Below are positions 23,603 to 35,591 of a DNA stretch of 51,412 nt, piece by piece. The position numbers were made by a program, and so were the translations under genes. Each line of letters begins with the position of its first letter. The first letter of the stretch is position 1. The stretch spans positions 1 through 51,412 of the forward strand of contig NW_021835164.1 in NCBI RefSeq assembly GCF_006345805.1, given 5' to 3'. The stretch comes from Octopus sinensis (taxonomy: Eukaryota). Under the pieces are notes generated by a model that saw nothing but the letters and a program-made list of their open reading frames with translations, was not told the origin of the DNA and did no database searches.

Positions 23603-24186
23603 AAATGCCCTGATTCAGTACCAGGCAGTGGCTATGCCCTGATGCAGTACCAGGCAGTGGTTCTCATGGCTTCTGATCTTAACTGATTGGAAGTGTTATC
23701 ATGTACATTGTTTTGTCTTGGTATAAAAGATGGGCTACAGCAAATATTCTGCTCAATACCACATATTTGCTTGTCAGTTGTTTGACCTTAACCAGTTGAG
23801 CATGTCCCTTAGTGGCTGACGATATGGGCATCTCTGATCACGAGCAGAAGTAGTGGAGGAGCATCATAGCCATATGTTGAGAGGGATTCTTCGGGGTTTG
23901 AATAATTCACCTCTGGAAACATGGGTGGTTCTTTCAACATCCTTAAACTACCCTTATTGAGGGACCTTTTGAGCGGGATGGGCTACTCAACCTGAAGAAA
24001 ATTCTAATTGGGCCCCACCTGCAAGGTCATGTGCTGTTTTCTTGATATGAGATCACCATGTCGCGCACATATGGTTGTGATGCATGTGCCTGGTGTACCC
24101 TTATCAGACGGGTAGTCATGATGGGTATATTGGGCTTCGTATATTTTACCCCAGTGTCACTTTGATGGCAGCACTGCTCTTCACTC

Positions 24187-24187
<1 letters not shown>
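23603..24187 (+). mobile_element. Unclassified ~585-bp interspersed element embedded in (TAA)n
   Basis: Complex, higher-GC block with sharp ends and TAA tracts on both sides; 29-bp tandem duplication at 23604-23661; repeat status is from recall and the strand is inferred from TAA orientation. Confidence 0.5.
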
Positions 24188-24226
<39 letters not shown>

Positions 24227-25136
24227 TAATAATAATAATAATATAATAATAATAGTAATAATAAAATTTGAGGGTATTCAATTTAGAAATACTAAATCAA
24301 ATTTCACCAAATATAAATTATATATATATATATTATGTAGGTATATATATATATATAATATATATATATTATATATATATATAAAGATATAATATATATA
24401 TATACTGGTAGCGACACTGTATTTTGTTTTGCCACCCTAATCCTCTCCAAAGTCTGATATTAAAGTATTACAAGTCAATGCTGTGTCCTGCTGACTTTAA
24501 TTTCTATAGAAAAATCTATAAACTTCGAAATGACACATAAATGCATTCATACGTGTGTGCATGGATTCATTTGTCTGTGTATATATGTGCACACAGACAT
24601 ACGCACGCACATATTGCCTCATATGCGAGGGGTGAAGGAATATAAGAAGCTTCACACGACAGCTTTGCCCAAACTCCAAGACCTGCTTCGGGGGGTTGGA
24701 CGGGTCGGGTGGGTGTGTCTGTGTAGTACAACGAACTTCATCGGTTATATTGGTGGTGGTGGTGGTGATGGTGATAGTATATTATGTTTGTGTTTGAAGT
24801 GCTGTTTATGTGTATGCAGGTGTTGTGTGTATGGAGGCGAAGGTCTGTTTGATGACGGTGCTGGCTTAATAAATGTAATAAGTATAAACTGTGAGACGAT
24901 GAGGTAGCGGTGGTGGTGGTTGTGGTGATGGTTATATTGGAGGGAGTGGTTTGTGTGTGAGAGGGGGGTGGAGCATGGTAGAGCGGTGGAGAGAGTGGGG
25001 TGAAGACTGCTGAGGTGTCTCAATTAGCAGCAGATTGGTTACAAGGGACAGAGGATGTTGGGGGTGGGGGTTGCAACTCTTAGGAACCGGCTTTATTGTG
25101 AAACGTCACTCTCTCATTGACACTATCGATGATAAT

Positions 25137-25445
25137 TCCCCACCACCCTCACCACCACTATCACCACTACCACCACAACCACCACCACCATAACCACCAC
25201 CACCACTACCACCACCCTCACTACCACCACCACCACCATCACCGCCACGACGACCACCACAACCACCACCACCATGTTAATCACCAACACCATTATCACC
25301 ATCTTCACCACCACCACCACCAACATTTCTACCACAATCATTGCTGCCATTGCTGCTATCGTCACCACTACAATTATCAAGGTCACAAGCACCCATTCAC
25401 CACCCACCACCCACCACGACCACCACCACCAAACCATAACCACAA
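25137..25445. repeat. (CCA/CAC)n compound microsatellite
   Basis: Direct; explains the poly-His, poly-Thr and poly-Val ORFs. Confidence 0.9.
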
Positions 25446-26839
25446 CCCCTCCCCCTCTTCCGTTGACGACCATAATGTCGTCAGTATCGCCAGTTTGAAA
25501 ACAAATGCAATTAAACAGTTTTTAAGGCTGAATAACAAAGGAAGAACTGCATTGGAAGAAGGTAGCGGGGGTGGGGGTGCAAAGAGATACCCAAGAAGAG
25601 AAGGAAGTGAAAGAGAGAAAAAGAGAGAAAATGAATGGAAAGAAAAGAAGAAAGAATGATGGAAGGAAAGAAAGAAAGTGAAATCTGTCGCCAAAATGAT
25701 GAGCAGCGTTTGGGGTGAATAACGATGATGCTAATAATAATTCGCCTGATTAACACAAGACCGCGGATCTTTACATTTAGCACCCTGAAGACATTTTGAA
25801 GAGTTGATGGATTTCCTGTTTAAAGGGAACTGTTCCTTGATAGTGTGTTGAGAAACAGAGCAGCTCCTTCATCTTAGCCAACATGAGTTTTTTCGATGAA
25901 AGTACCGTTATTTGGGAGATGCCGGACCCTGATGATCATCTAGATGTTTCGACTTCATACGAGACTAACCACAGACGGGTCAGTTTGTAATATTCCTCAA
26001 TACCACAATCCAGTTTTTGTCTGTCTCAAGCGATTCCTTCAAGAGTTTAACTTGCTTCTCTCTCGATACAAAACTATTTTAGAAATATCTTTTCCTTCTG
26101 TATCTGCTTTGAGAATTCCTGAATGATTTTCTTCGTTTGATATTTTTCCCCTCCATATTTTCAAATCAACCCGCGTCTTTTTCGCCCATTGGTGATTAGT
26201 TTCAAAAATAATCCCTGATTTAATTCAAATCTTGGATCCAGTTCCTTCTCAATTCATCAGTCTTTAGAAGCATTGGCATTTATATGCGTCTTTATCACTT
26301 TATCCGAGGGAACAACTGCTAAACTCTTCGATTTCCTTCTATCCACAAAACTTATGACTGACCAACTGTATTTCACTTTTAATTCGCTTCTCTTTTCGAG
26401 TTCTTTCTCCCAGTCACGTGTTTCTTATAGTTTCTGTTTTCAACATGTTACCAAAGATTACAATAACTTTCTTAATTTCTTTATCTCCTCCATTCTCAGT
26501 AAGTACGCCAACCGCTGAGAATAATTCCTATCACTTCTTTTTCAATTAGAATGCTCTTTTGATTTCAACATAGTTTCGAAATCAGTTTTGATAGACTAAG
26601 TGTCTAAAGACAAAGCTTTCGCTAATCTGAATCCAATAATCAAAATATATTGATTGGAATACACCATTACCAATGTCTTCTTGGTGAATTTGGTAGACAG
26701 AGACTATATGGAAGCCCGTTGTATATATATATATATATATATATATACAAGTAAAAATCGAATAATGAAAACGAGAGCGCAACACCGCATTGGTGGATAT
26801 AATTTCTTTATTTGTGAATTAAGGCTACCATTGGTTTCC

Positions 26840-27250
26840 TGTTAAGAAAAGTAGGAAAATATCTTAGGGTCTTAACAAATTTTCAAACCGATCAAATCGA
26901 GAAAGACGTTCACCTCCATGTTGGAAAACAGTCTCGTTTAGTTCATGGGGGGGGGGGGAGGCTCTCGTAAATTCACGTGAATAAAACAATAAATCAATGA
27001 ATTCAGGGACGTTACTCTCGGGTGTCATCTTTTGGATGTTTGTCTTCCTTGGATGTTTGTCGTTTGGGCAAATTTTTGTGTGGTCAATTTGTTTTCCTTG
27101 TTTTGTTTTGGGTACGGTGTTCTTATACTTTACTTGTGTGCTGAGGAAGTTCGTCACTATATATATATATATATATATATACGCCATCCGAAACTCGGAG
27201 TTCCACCATGGCCACCGAACAACTGTCACACATTACATTTACAGATAAAT
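26840..27250 (+). mobile_element. Probable PLE 3' end with a hammerhead-like motif disrupted by (TA)n
   Basis: EALVNS..NKSMNSGTLLSGV resembles a GIY-YIG C-terminus; GTG-CTGAGGA...GAAACTCGGAGTTC-CAC at 27138-27206. Confidence 0.45.
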
Positions 27251-27328
27251 TTCTCTATTTACATAATATCGAGGTTTCTTTCATTCTTTTGTTGTCTTAC
27301 CATTTTTATCAATATATATATATATATT

Positions 27329-27360
<32 letters not shown>

Positions 27361-27419
27361 CAGACACACAGACAAACAGACAGACTGACAGACAGACAGA
27401 TAGATAGATAGATAGATTA

Positions 27420-27486
<67 letters not shown>

Positions 27487-27601
27487 CACACTTATGTACA
27501 TATATATTTATACATATTTACGTATTTTACAAACATGCATATATTCCCTAACGGAAGCAGGCAAATGACAACATAACCGCCCAAACTCAATATATTATAT
27601 G

Positions 27602-28103
27602 TGGAGGCGCAATGGTTAGGGCAGCGGACTCGCGGTCGTGGGATCGCGGTTTCGATTCCCAGACCGGGCGTTGTGAATGTTTGTTGAGCGAAGGCACCTG
27701 GGGCCCGCAGGGCTCCGGCGGGGGTGGGGTGGGGTGAGCCCTGCTGTGCTCTTTCGCCGCAGATTTCTCTCGCTCTTTCTTCCTGTTTCAGTTGAACCTG
27801 TATTTCAAAGGGCCAGCCTTGTCACACTCTGTGTCACTCTGAATCTCCCCGATAGCTGCGTTGGGAGTGCGCGTGTCTGTGGAGTGCTCAGCCACTTGCA
27901 CGTTAATAAATGAGCTGCGACGTTAATGGTGCCAAGCTGTATCGGCCTTTACCTTTCCCTTGGATAACATCGGTGGCGTGGAGAGGGGAGGCTGGTATGC
28001 GTGGGCGACGGCTGGTCTTCCATAAACAACCTTGCCCAGACTTGTACCTCGAAGGGTAACTTTCTAGGTGCAATTCCATGATCATTTGTAACCGAAGGAG
28101 GTC
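27602..28103 (+). mobile_element. Chimeric tRNA-SINE (head/body B plus tail X)
   Basis: B-box-like GTTTCGATTCCC; body ends GTGGAGTGCTCAGCCACTTGCACGTTAAT (as in 44839-45127), then switches at 27907/27908 to the tail of the 18707 SINE. Confidence 0.8.
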
Positions 28104-28670
28104 ACAATATATATATACGTGGAAGTACCTAAAAGTAACCGGAAACGTTTTCTGTGGGACAAACTCGTTATAGTTCAGGCTAGAAGCCACTTGATGTGAC
28201 CTTCAGATATCAGTATGCATACATTGTCGAGTGAAGTCGTACTGCTACGTGGAAAATGTAGATAAGGAAGTTAATAATTATTTATTATTAACAAGTTGGT
28301 CATCTTCGCTTCTTACAACCTTTTCAATTAATACTCAATAATTTAATTACAAATTTGTACATTAAATTTACATTTATGTGACATGAGTATAATTTCATCA
28401 GAGAAAAAAATGTACCTTTGGGTGTTATATGTGGGCCTATCATTTCATTTCAGCGAAAATGACCAATTTGTTAATAATAAACAATTAGCAACTACTTTAA
28501 ATTTAAATAATTTAAATTTTGAACTTTATATTTTATATATTTTGTATATTATATTAATTATTTTTATTTCTATGTTTTGGTTTATGTTTTTCACTGTTTG
28601 ATTTGCCTAATAGTGGTTTTATCTCTAATTCAATTTATTTATACACACACACACACACCCACATATATAT

Positions 28671-28707
<37 letters not shown>

Positions 28708-28736
28708 GCAACAAGCTTCTTTCCATCTCCGTTGTT

Positions 28737-28795
28737 GTTATTATTATTATCATCATCATCATCATCATCAGCAGCAGCATTATTATTACTATTAC

Positions 28796-28860
<65 letters not shown>

Positions 28861-28944
28861 TCACTGCCTGCAATTGAAGTCGGAATCTTGGGGTTTATAC
28901 CGTATGCCCGTGCCATATGCCCACGAGCATATGGCAGTGACCTG
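28737..28944. mobile_element. Head-to-head pair of degenerate tRNA-HHR SINE heads
   Basis: Minus-strand head 28857-28922 with a (TTA)n tract to its left; collapsed plus-strand head GAGCATATGGCAGTGACCTG at 28925-28944. Confidence 0.7.
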
Positions 28945-28948
28945 GATA

Positions 28949-29006
<58 letters not shown>

Positions 29007-29010
29007 TATA

Positions 29011-29681
29011 CCAGTGGAGTATAAATTAAGACATGACAGAGTTGGCCAATATCTACACTGGCTAATAAGTCGGCATTACAATATCAAAACTGCCGATAAG
29101 TGGTATAATCACCACCCTGAGGCTGTAACTGAAGGAGAAAATGTACGATTCTGTGGGACTTTCCAGTACATACAGACCGAACCATCAAGGCCAATAAACC
29201 ATATTGGTTGTGAAAGACCAAAACAATAAAGTTTGCTTATTGATCGACATGAGCATCCCCTGTGATCATAATATCTCAGCGAAAGAGTTTGACAAGCTCA
29301 GAAAATATAAAGACCTACTCATTGAAATGAGAAAATGTGGCATCTCAAGGCGGTTACAATACCAGTGATCGTAGGAGCACTAGAATGATCAAGAAGGGAA
29401 CCGAAAATTATATGAGAATGATCCCTGGCTTACCATCCCTGCAAGAAGTGCAAAAGATTGTCTTAACTGGTACATCACACTATTGAGAAGAGCATTGTCG
29501 ATGTGAGAACTGTTGCTGCTCATGTATTTTAATTTAACTTACAAAAAAAAAAAAAAAAAAAAAATGAACGAACTATTGAGTTTGGTTTAATGGCCTACCA
29601 ATGTATACTATGAGTTTCTTTGCCCTAGAGTCGGGAAGACACTCGGCAAGAAATGGAAGCAAATTTGAAAGAAGAAAAAAA
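29011..29681 (+). mobile_element. R4/Dong-type LINE 3' fragment in (TAA)n
   Basis: EYKLRHDRVGQYLHW..RLE domain and 3' UTR; near-identical to the reverse complement of 34000-34672. Confidence 0.9.
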
Positions 29682-29729
29682 TAATATAATAATAATAATA
29701 ATAATAATTAACAACAACTTCGAATAATA

Positions 29730-29786
<57 letters not shown>

Positions 29787-29788
29787 TG

Positions 29789-29846
<58 letters not shown>

Positions 29847-29850
29847 TAAT

Positions 29851-30026
29851 AACAACATCCAAAAAATACCATAGGAATGAGAACCCAGATTCGAAATTTC
29901 CCCAAGACACCTGGAGGGTATATCAGCCGAAACGTTAGGTTAACAACAAACAAGATGAGGACAAATATCCTTCAAATGTAAATAATATAAATAATGTACA
30001 TAATTCCTCATCTCTTAAATATAGAA
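29851..30026 (+). mobile_element. Tail of second tRNA-HHR SINE copy; hammerhead core deleted
   Basis: GACACCTG^GAGGGTATATCAGCCGAAACGTT lacks the 10 nt ATGAAGGCTG present at 1669-1678. Confidence 0.8.
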
Positions 30027-30640
30027 ATAAATAAAAGTTGAAAACTGAAAGAAATATAAAATAAAAACAGAAAAAATAACCTACATACATTTTCCATTCG
30101 TGGGGTGGATTCATTCGACAAAGTAATCCCTCGAGGCGATGCTCCTGCATGGCCGCAGTCTAATGAATGAAACAAGAAAGGGATAAACGGTAAAAACTAA
30201 ATTCTGAATAGACCTACCCACCCCCACCCCCACCCCACCCGCCACATTTGCTGTATTAATCAATATGTGTTTATAAACAACCAAAATGGTGTTTAAAATA
30301 TGAGGAAGTCGTTCAATTAGGAAAGTTCCGGGTATTGTTCGGTAAATGTTTGTAGAATATGTTAACGATGTCTTCTCAGAGGGAATAATCGATTGATACG
30401 TTGAGCATGCGCGACATGCACATACTTCTGGCTAACGAGACTTAGAAGGCTGAGTATGTGCGTGCGTGCGCTCTTCTCGCACATGTCTGTGCACACATAT
30501 ACACACGTATACACATATGTATGCCTAAGACTTACTTTAGTTCTCTTTGATTCCGGGTTCAAATCACGCCGAGGTTGCTTTTATTTATTGACATCTGTCC
30601 TTGTAGAGTCGATCGAGCTAATTGCCCGTCGGGAATACAC

Positions 30641-30694
<54 letters not shown>

Positions 30695-30812
30695 AATTGT
30701 CATGTTTAATGACAATTACAGTTTTTGATTTTTGGTAATTCGTTGCTAAACCGCTGCCTAATTTAATGTTACACACACACACACATATATATATACACAC
30801 ACACATATATAC

Positions 30813-30845
<33 letters not shown>

Positions 30846-31030
30846 ATAATATTAATTATATATAATTATAATGCTTATTTGAGGGAATATTAATCCTACC
30901 TTACAGGGAAAAAATTCAATTTAGAAATACTAAATCAAATTTCACACATAGAATATATATATATTATTATATAATATATATTATATTATATATATATATA
31001 TATATAGATATATATATATATATATGTATA

Positions 31031-31062
<32 letters not shown>

Positions 31063-31454
31063 ACTAGCAGTATCGCCCGGCGTTGCTCGGGTTTGTAAGG
31101 GAATAACTATAAAGCATTTTTAGAGAATTATAGCCAAAAAATAGCAAAAAAATGCATTAAAAATGGAAAAAAATTATGGTAAATTTTTTTTAAATCGTTG
31201 ACTCATCGTAGACATTTTTATAGAGTTACTTCCCTTATATTAAAAAATATGCATTTAAATGGAAAAAAATGATGGTAAATTATTTTTAAAATTGTAGACT
31301 CATCGTAGACGCGCGCTAATACCTCGAAGGGCTCGATATGAATGACGACTATAAGATACCCGGTTTTGGTTAAACTGCACCGCAAAATGTGGGAGTAGTT
31401 AGGAATCTAAATCGGAGTAGACAGACACACAACCTTTCTTTTATATATAAAGAT
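31063..31454 (+). mobile_element. Non-autonomous Helitron/Helentron-type (Lep1-like) element
   Basis: 5' ACTAG..CCCGGCGTTGCTCGGG hairpin; 3' ACAGACAC..TTTTATATATAAAGAT; internal duplication; inserted in (TA)n. Confidence 0.6.
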
Positions 31455-31529
31455 ATATATATATATATAATATATATATTTATTATATATATATAATTCA
31501 TGTGTGTGTGTGTGCGCGCGCGCGTATGT

Positions 31530-31900
31530 TACATAAAATGAGACAACAAAGCCATGGCTGTGTGGAATTTTCAGGACATTTATAAAGAGAAAATTAGTCT
31601 TACAGCCGTTTCTGGGACATTAGGGATATCCCTTCATCACATGTGAGATGGATATATAGAGGGAAATAGTAAAGTTCAATATAAGGCGTTGTTTTGGAAA
31701 AGAATGTCAATAAGAAGTATAAGGGGAAATAGGAGAATAAAAGTAAAAAACAATGTAGGATGTTGTAGTTGCAATTCCATTGTCCAAGGAAAGTGGTGTG
31801 TAGAAGTGGTAAAAATGCTTCTAATCCATTCTATGTAAATTCTGATAGGATTTCATATTTTGTCATTACAATTGGAAAGTGTGAAGACGTAGATTCCATT
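31530..31900 (-). mobile_element. PLE 3'/pLTR fragment (family D) with degenerate hammerhead
   Basis: Reverse complement GTGATGA-A-GGGAT..GTCCC-A-GAAA-CGGCTG-TA at 31597-31640; colinear with 22630-22975. Confidence 0.6.
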
Positions 31901-33399
31901 CAAAGGTGTCTTGTGAATGAAATTTTGAGAATGTAGTGGCAGTGTTAAGTAGATAGAGAGGAGAGAAAAGATGAGGATGTTAAAATGAGGAGAATGGTCA
32001 AAAGGAATAGGTGGAAGAGAAGCAAGAAAGAAAGAGGAAGAGAAAATGAAAAAATGAAAGAAAGAGTGTTAGTTAGTAGTTAAAATATTATGAGGGGGTG
32101 GGAGAGGAGCCGGGGTGGGATGCGAAGAGATAAGAATGTGAGGAGTGTGAGGTGGGGGTGATATGTTTGAAAGGCACTAAGGTGGAAGGATGGGTACAGA
32201 AAATGATACAGGGTGAGGTGGAGTGGGGTTACTAAAGTGAGAAGTAAACCTCAAAAGGAAGGCAGAATAATAAGATTTAATAGTCAGGTTTCTAAACAAA
32301 GACGGAGGTGTTTATTGTACTGGCTAATGTGATAGTGGGGGCTGAGTAATCAGAGAAAGAAAAAGAAAGAAGTGTATATTGATATACGCACGCGCGCACA
32401 CACATACACATACGTGTGTATATGCACTGTTATACACATTATTATATAGGCCCGCATATTTATGTACTTAAACACAAACGCATATATATATATACGCACA
32501 CATACGCACCCATAGATGTATGCATGCACTCATACACATGCATACATATACGCGTATACACACATATATATGCATTCACACACACGCACACACATATACA
32601 TCCATACACATGCACGCATTACATGTCCATATATGTATTATTAAACAATTAAAAGATAAGATTGGAGAGTTAAAAAATTAAAAACGAAGACAATGGAAAG
32701 TCAAATAGGGTTACTGGAAATTACCGAAGGGGTGTTCGGGATATGTAATGCAGGGTAATTTAGGTTCCCTTTTTATTTGTGGTAAAATTTGAAGGTATGA
32801 AAAAAGCGGTGGTTGCATGTACCTAGGGCCTCATTATATTTATTTAGTAGTATTGAAAAGTTGTGTTTTAACTTGTAGAATGCCTCCATTAGACATAACT
32901 TACAGGCTGAGCGTTGACACTGGTCCTTCCATAACACTTACATAGCCTTACCTGCCACCTTGAGTCTTCTGGATATACCAATACTCTTATATATATATAT
33001 ATATATATATTATTTAATAAACTCAATATATGTTTTCATGTGCTACTAACAGTTTTATGGGATGAAAGCATGCCAAACAGTATTTTTAATACGTCTGATG
33101 TTCTTCCACAATCTTCAGGCACTTCCCACATGGCATAACAAATATAATGAGACGATAGCATGAGAGAAAAAGCAAGAAATAAATAAATATAAAAGGTGAA
33201 AGGTTGAAAAACCGGAAAACTAAAAAGAAAACAGAATAAAGCAAATGGGTGGGTGGAATTAGAATTATTTCCCCTTTGACCGTAAAATATAAGGTTGAAA
33301 AGATAGTGGCGTAGAGTCTATGGTATAGCTCTTCAATCCGGAGAGGGTGGCACTTTCCAGTTCGTCAACAGGAACTTAGCTGTATGCTTATAACCGCTG

Positions 33400-33930
33400 A
33401 AAATTTCAAATCAGTGTGTTAGATTTCTTAGATCTGAAAAGAATCTTCAGTATGGATTTTTCGGCTATTTTCTACTTTATCGTATGTGGTGTGGCGTTCG
33501 ACTTCAAATCCCACATTTGGCTAGTCAACTTAGCAGCTTTGCTTTTGTCCCTGCACAGCAATTTTTGAATTCACTTTCACATAGTCCGATATAGCTCTTC
33601 TTATCAGTTCTTTTATCATCTAACGTTGCTGTAACTTCTGCCTCGTATATGACGGATTTAATCATACATGCCTGGTCGAGTGGACAGGTTCCTGAATTTC
33701 GATAGTAACAACTGGGAGTGAGATCTTTGTGCTGTTCTCGTTTAATGATACTTTTCATTTTGAGGCAGCAGTTGTATGATAATTTCACTGTGCATCTGTT
33801 AAATATTTGCCTGTGATTTTCTGGAAAATGTTTGTCTAGGAGAGACAGGAATCTTTTACCTACGTTAGTATTTATATTAAGGGAAAAAGGTGGGGCGAAC
33901 CAAATTATTTTCCGTGTCTATTTTAAAGTC

Positions 33931-33931
<1 letters not shown>
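33400..33931 (-). mobile_element. Naiad-like PLE: linker and GIY-YIG endonuclease
   Basis: KIIWFAPPFSLNINTNVGKRFLSLLDKHFP..VKLSY..CYYRNSGTCPLDQAC..VIYEAEV..YIGLCESEFK..MWDLK. Confidence 0.85.
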
Positions 33932-33999
<68 letters not shown>

Positions 34000-35130
34000 T
34001 TTTTTTTTCTTCTTTCAAATTTGCTTCCATTTCTTGCCGAGTGTCTTCCCGACTCCTAGGGCAAAGAAACTCATAGTATACATTGGTAGGCCATTAAACC
34101 AAACTCAATAGTTCGTTCATTTTTTTTATTTTTTTTTTAAGTTAAATTAAAATACATGAGCAGCAACAGTTCTCACATCGACAATGCTCTTCTCAATACG
34201 TGTGATGTACCAGTTAAGACAATCTTTTGCACTTCTTGCAGGGATGGTAAGCCAGGGATCATTCTCATATAATTTTCGGTTCCCTTCTTGATCATTCCTA
34301 GTGCTCCTACGATCACTGGTATTGTAACCGCCTTGAGATGCCACATTTTCTCAATTTCAATGAGTAGGTCTTTATATTTTCTGAGCTTGTCAAACTCTTT
34401 CGCTGAGATATTATGATCACAGGGGATGCTCATGTCGATCAATAAGCAAACTTTATTGTTTTGGTCTTTCACAACAATATCTGGTTTATTGGCCTTGATG
34501 GTTCGGTCTGTATGTACTGGAAAGTCCCACAGAATCGTTACATTTTCTCCTTCAGTTACAGCCTCAGGGTGGTGATTATACCACTTGTCGGCAGTTTTGA
34601 TATTGTAATGCCGACTTATTAGCCAGTGTAGATATTGGCCAACTCTGTCATGTCTTAATTTATACTCCACTGGTGCTAAGACTTTACATCCAGAGATAGG
34701 TTAGGTCCACTGTTTCAATCATGTCGTTGCAGAATCGGCATTTTGGGTCTGGTCCATTTTTCATCACATTGGCCTGGTAGTTCCGGGTTAATAGGCTTTG
34801 ATCTTGAGCAGCCAGGATGAAACCTTCGCTCTCTGCTTTTAGCCCTGAGCTCCGTAGCCACTGATGGGTTTGCTTCTGGTCAACATCAGCTGTTTGCTGC
34901 GGGTCACATATTTGCCGTGCAGAGGTTTCTCCTCCACCTATCAGCCAATTGCTCGTGCGCTTTTTTCGTTGCCATCATTTTCACCTTCTTTGCAACAATA
35001 GTTGCCGTACTTCCCTCTCGGGTTGTTCCCTGCACGAGATCAATAGCAAATTTTTGCTTTCCTTTATAATAGAATGAAGCTTCTTTCGTCTCTCGTGATT
35101 TTCCACGAGCTTTAGCATCCAGTCATTCGA
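34000..35130 (-). mobile_element. R4/Dong-type LINE 3' 1.1 kb (CCHC knuckle and RLE) inserted in (TAA)n
   Basis: KPLHGKY..GLKAESEGFILAAQDQ..CRFC..H..GC..EYKLRHDRV..ANKPDIVV..IDMSIP..KLRKYKDL (ORF 34173-34670); TAA tracts at 33931-33998 and 35131-35283. Confidence 0.93.
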
Positions 35131-35188
35131 TATTATTATTATATTATTATTATATTTTATTATTATTATTATTATTATTTTATTATTA

Positions 35189-35233
<45 letters not shown>

Positions 35234-35241
35234 TATTATTA

Positions 35242-35279
<38 letters not shown>

Positions 35280-35280
35280 C

Positions 35281-35591
35281 TATTAATATTAGATGGGTTA
35301 GATATCAATTTCTCCTTTAAGCCGCTATTGGCTAGTGCATTGTTGTAGTAGGGAGCTGTTTCTTTAGAGGAAGAGAGGTTGGAAATTCTGTTACTAATGT
35401 TAGCTATCAGATTTTTAAATACTGCAGTGGGGTGACAAGACTTTATGTATATAGGAAAGATTTTCGTTGGGCTTATGATAAAATTTTATACGAGAAGTTC
35501 AGGTTGACAAAAATATCTAAAAACTCAACTTTAAAAACATTAGAAGCGATTGTGATTTTAAGACCTAATTGGCTGAAGGTAGAAGTAAGTT
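35281..35591 (-). mobile_element. Naiad-like PLE: RT thumb segment
   Basis: LTSTFSQLGLKITI..VEFLDI..KPNENLSYIHK..HP..KNL..ISNRISNLSS..YYNNALANSG. Confidence 0.8.

Noticed and set aside
29011-29681. Biological frameshifts or programmed recoding in young elements
   Set aside because: Scattered 1-bp indels relative to the near-identical copy at 34 kb, and between units at 16.1 and 16.5 kb, look like decay or long-read consensus error; this needs read-level checking.
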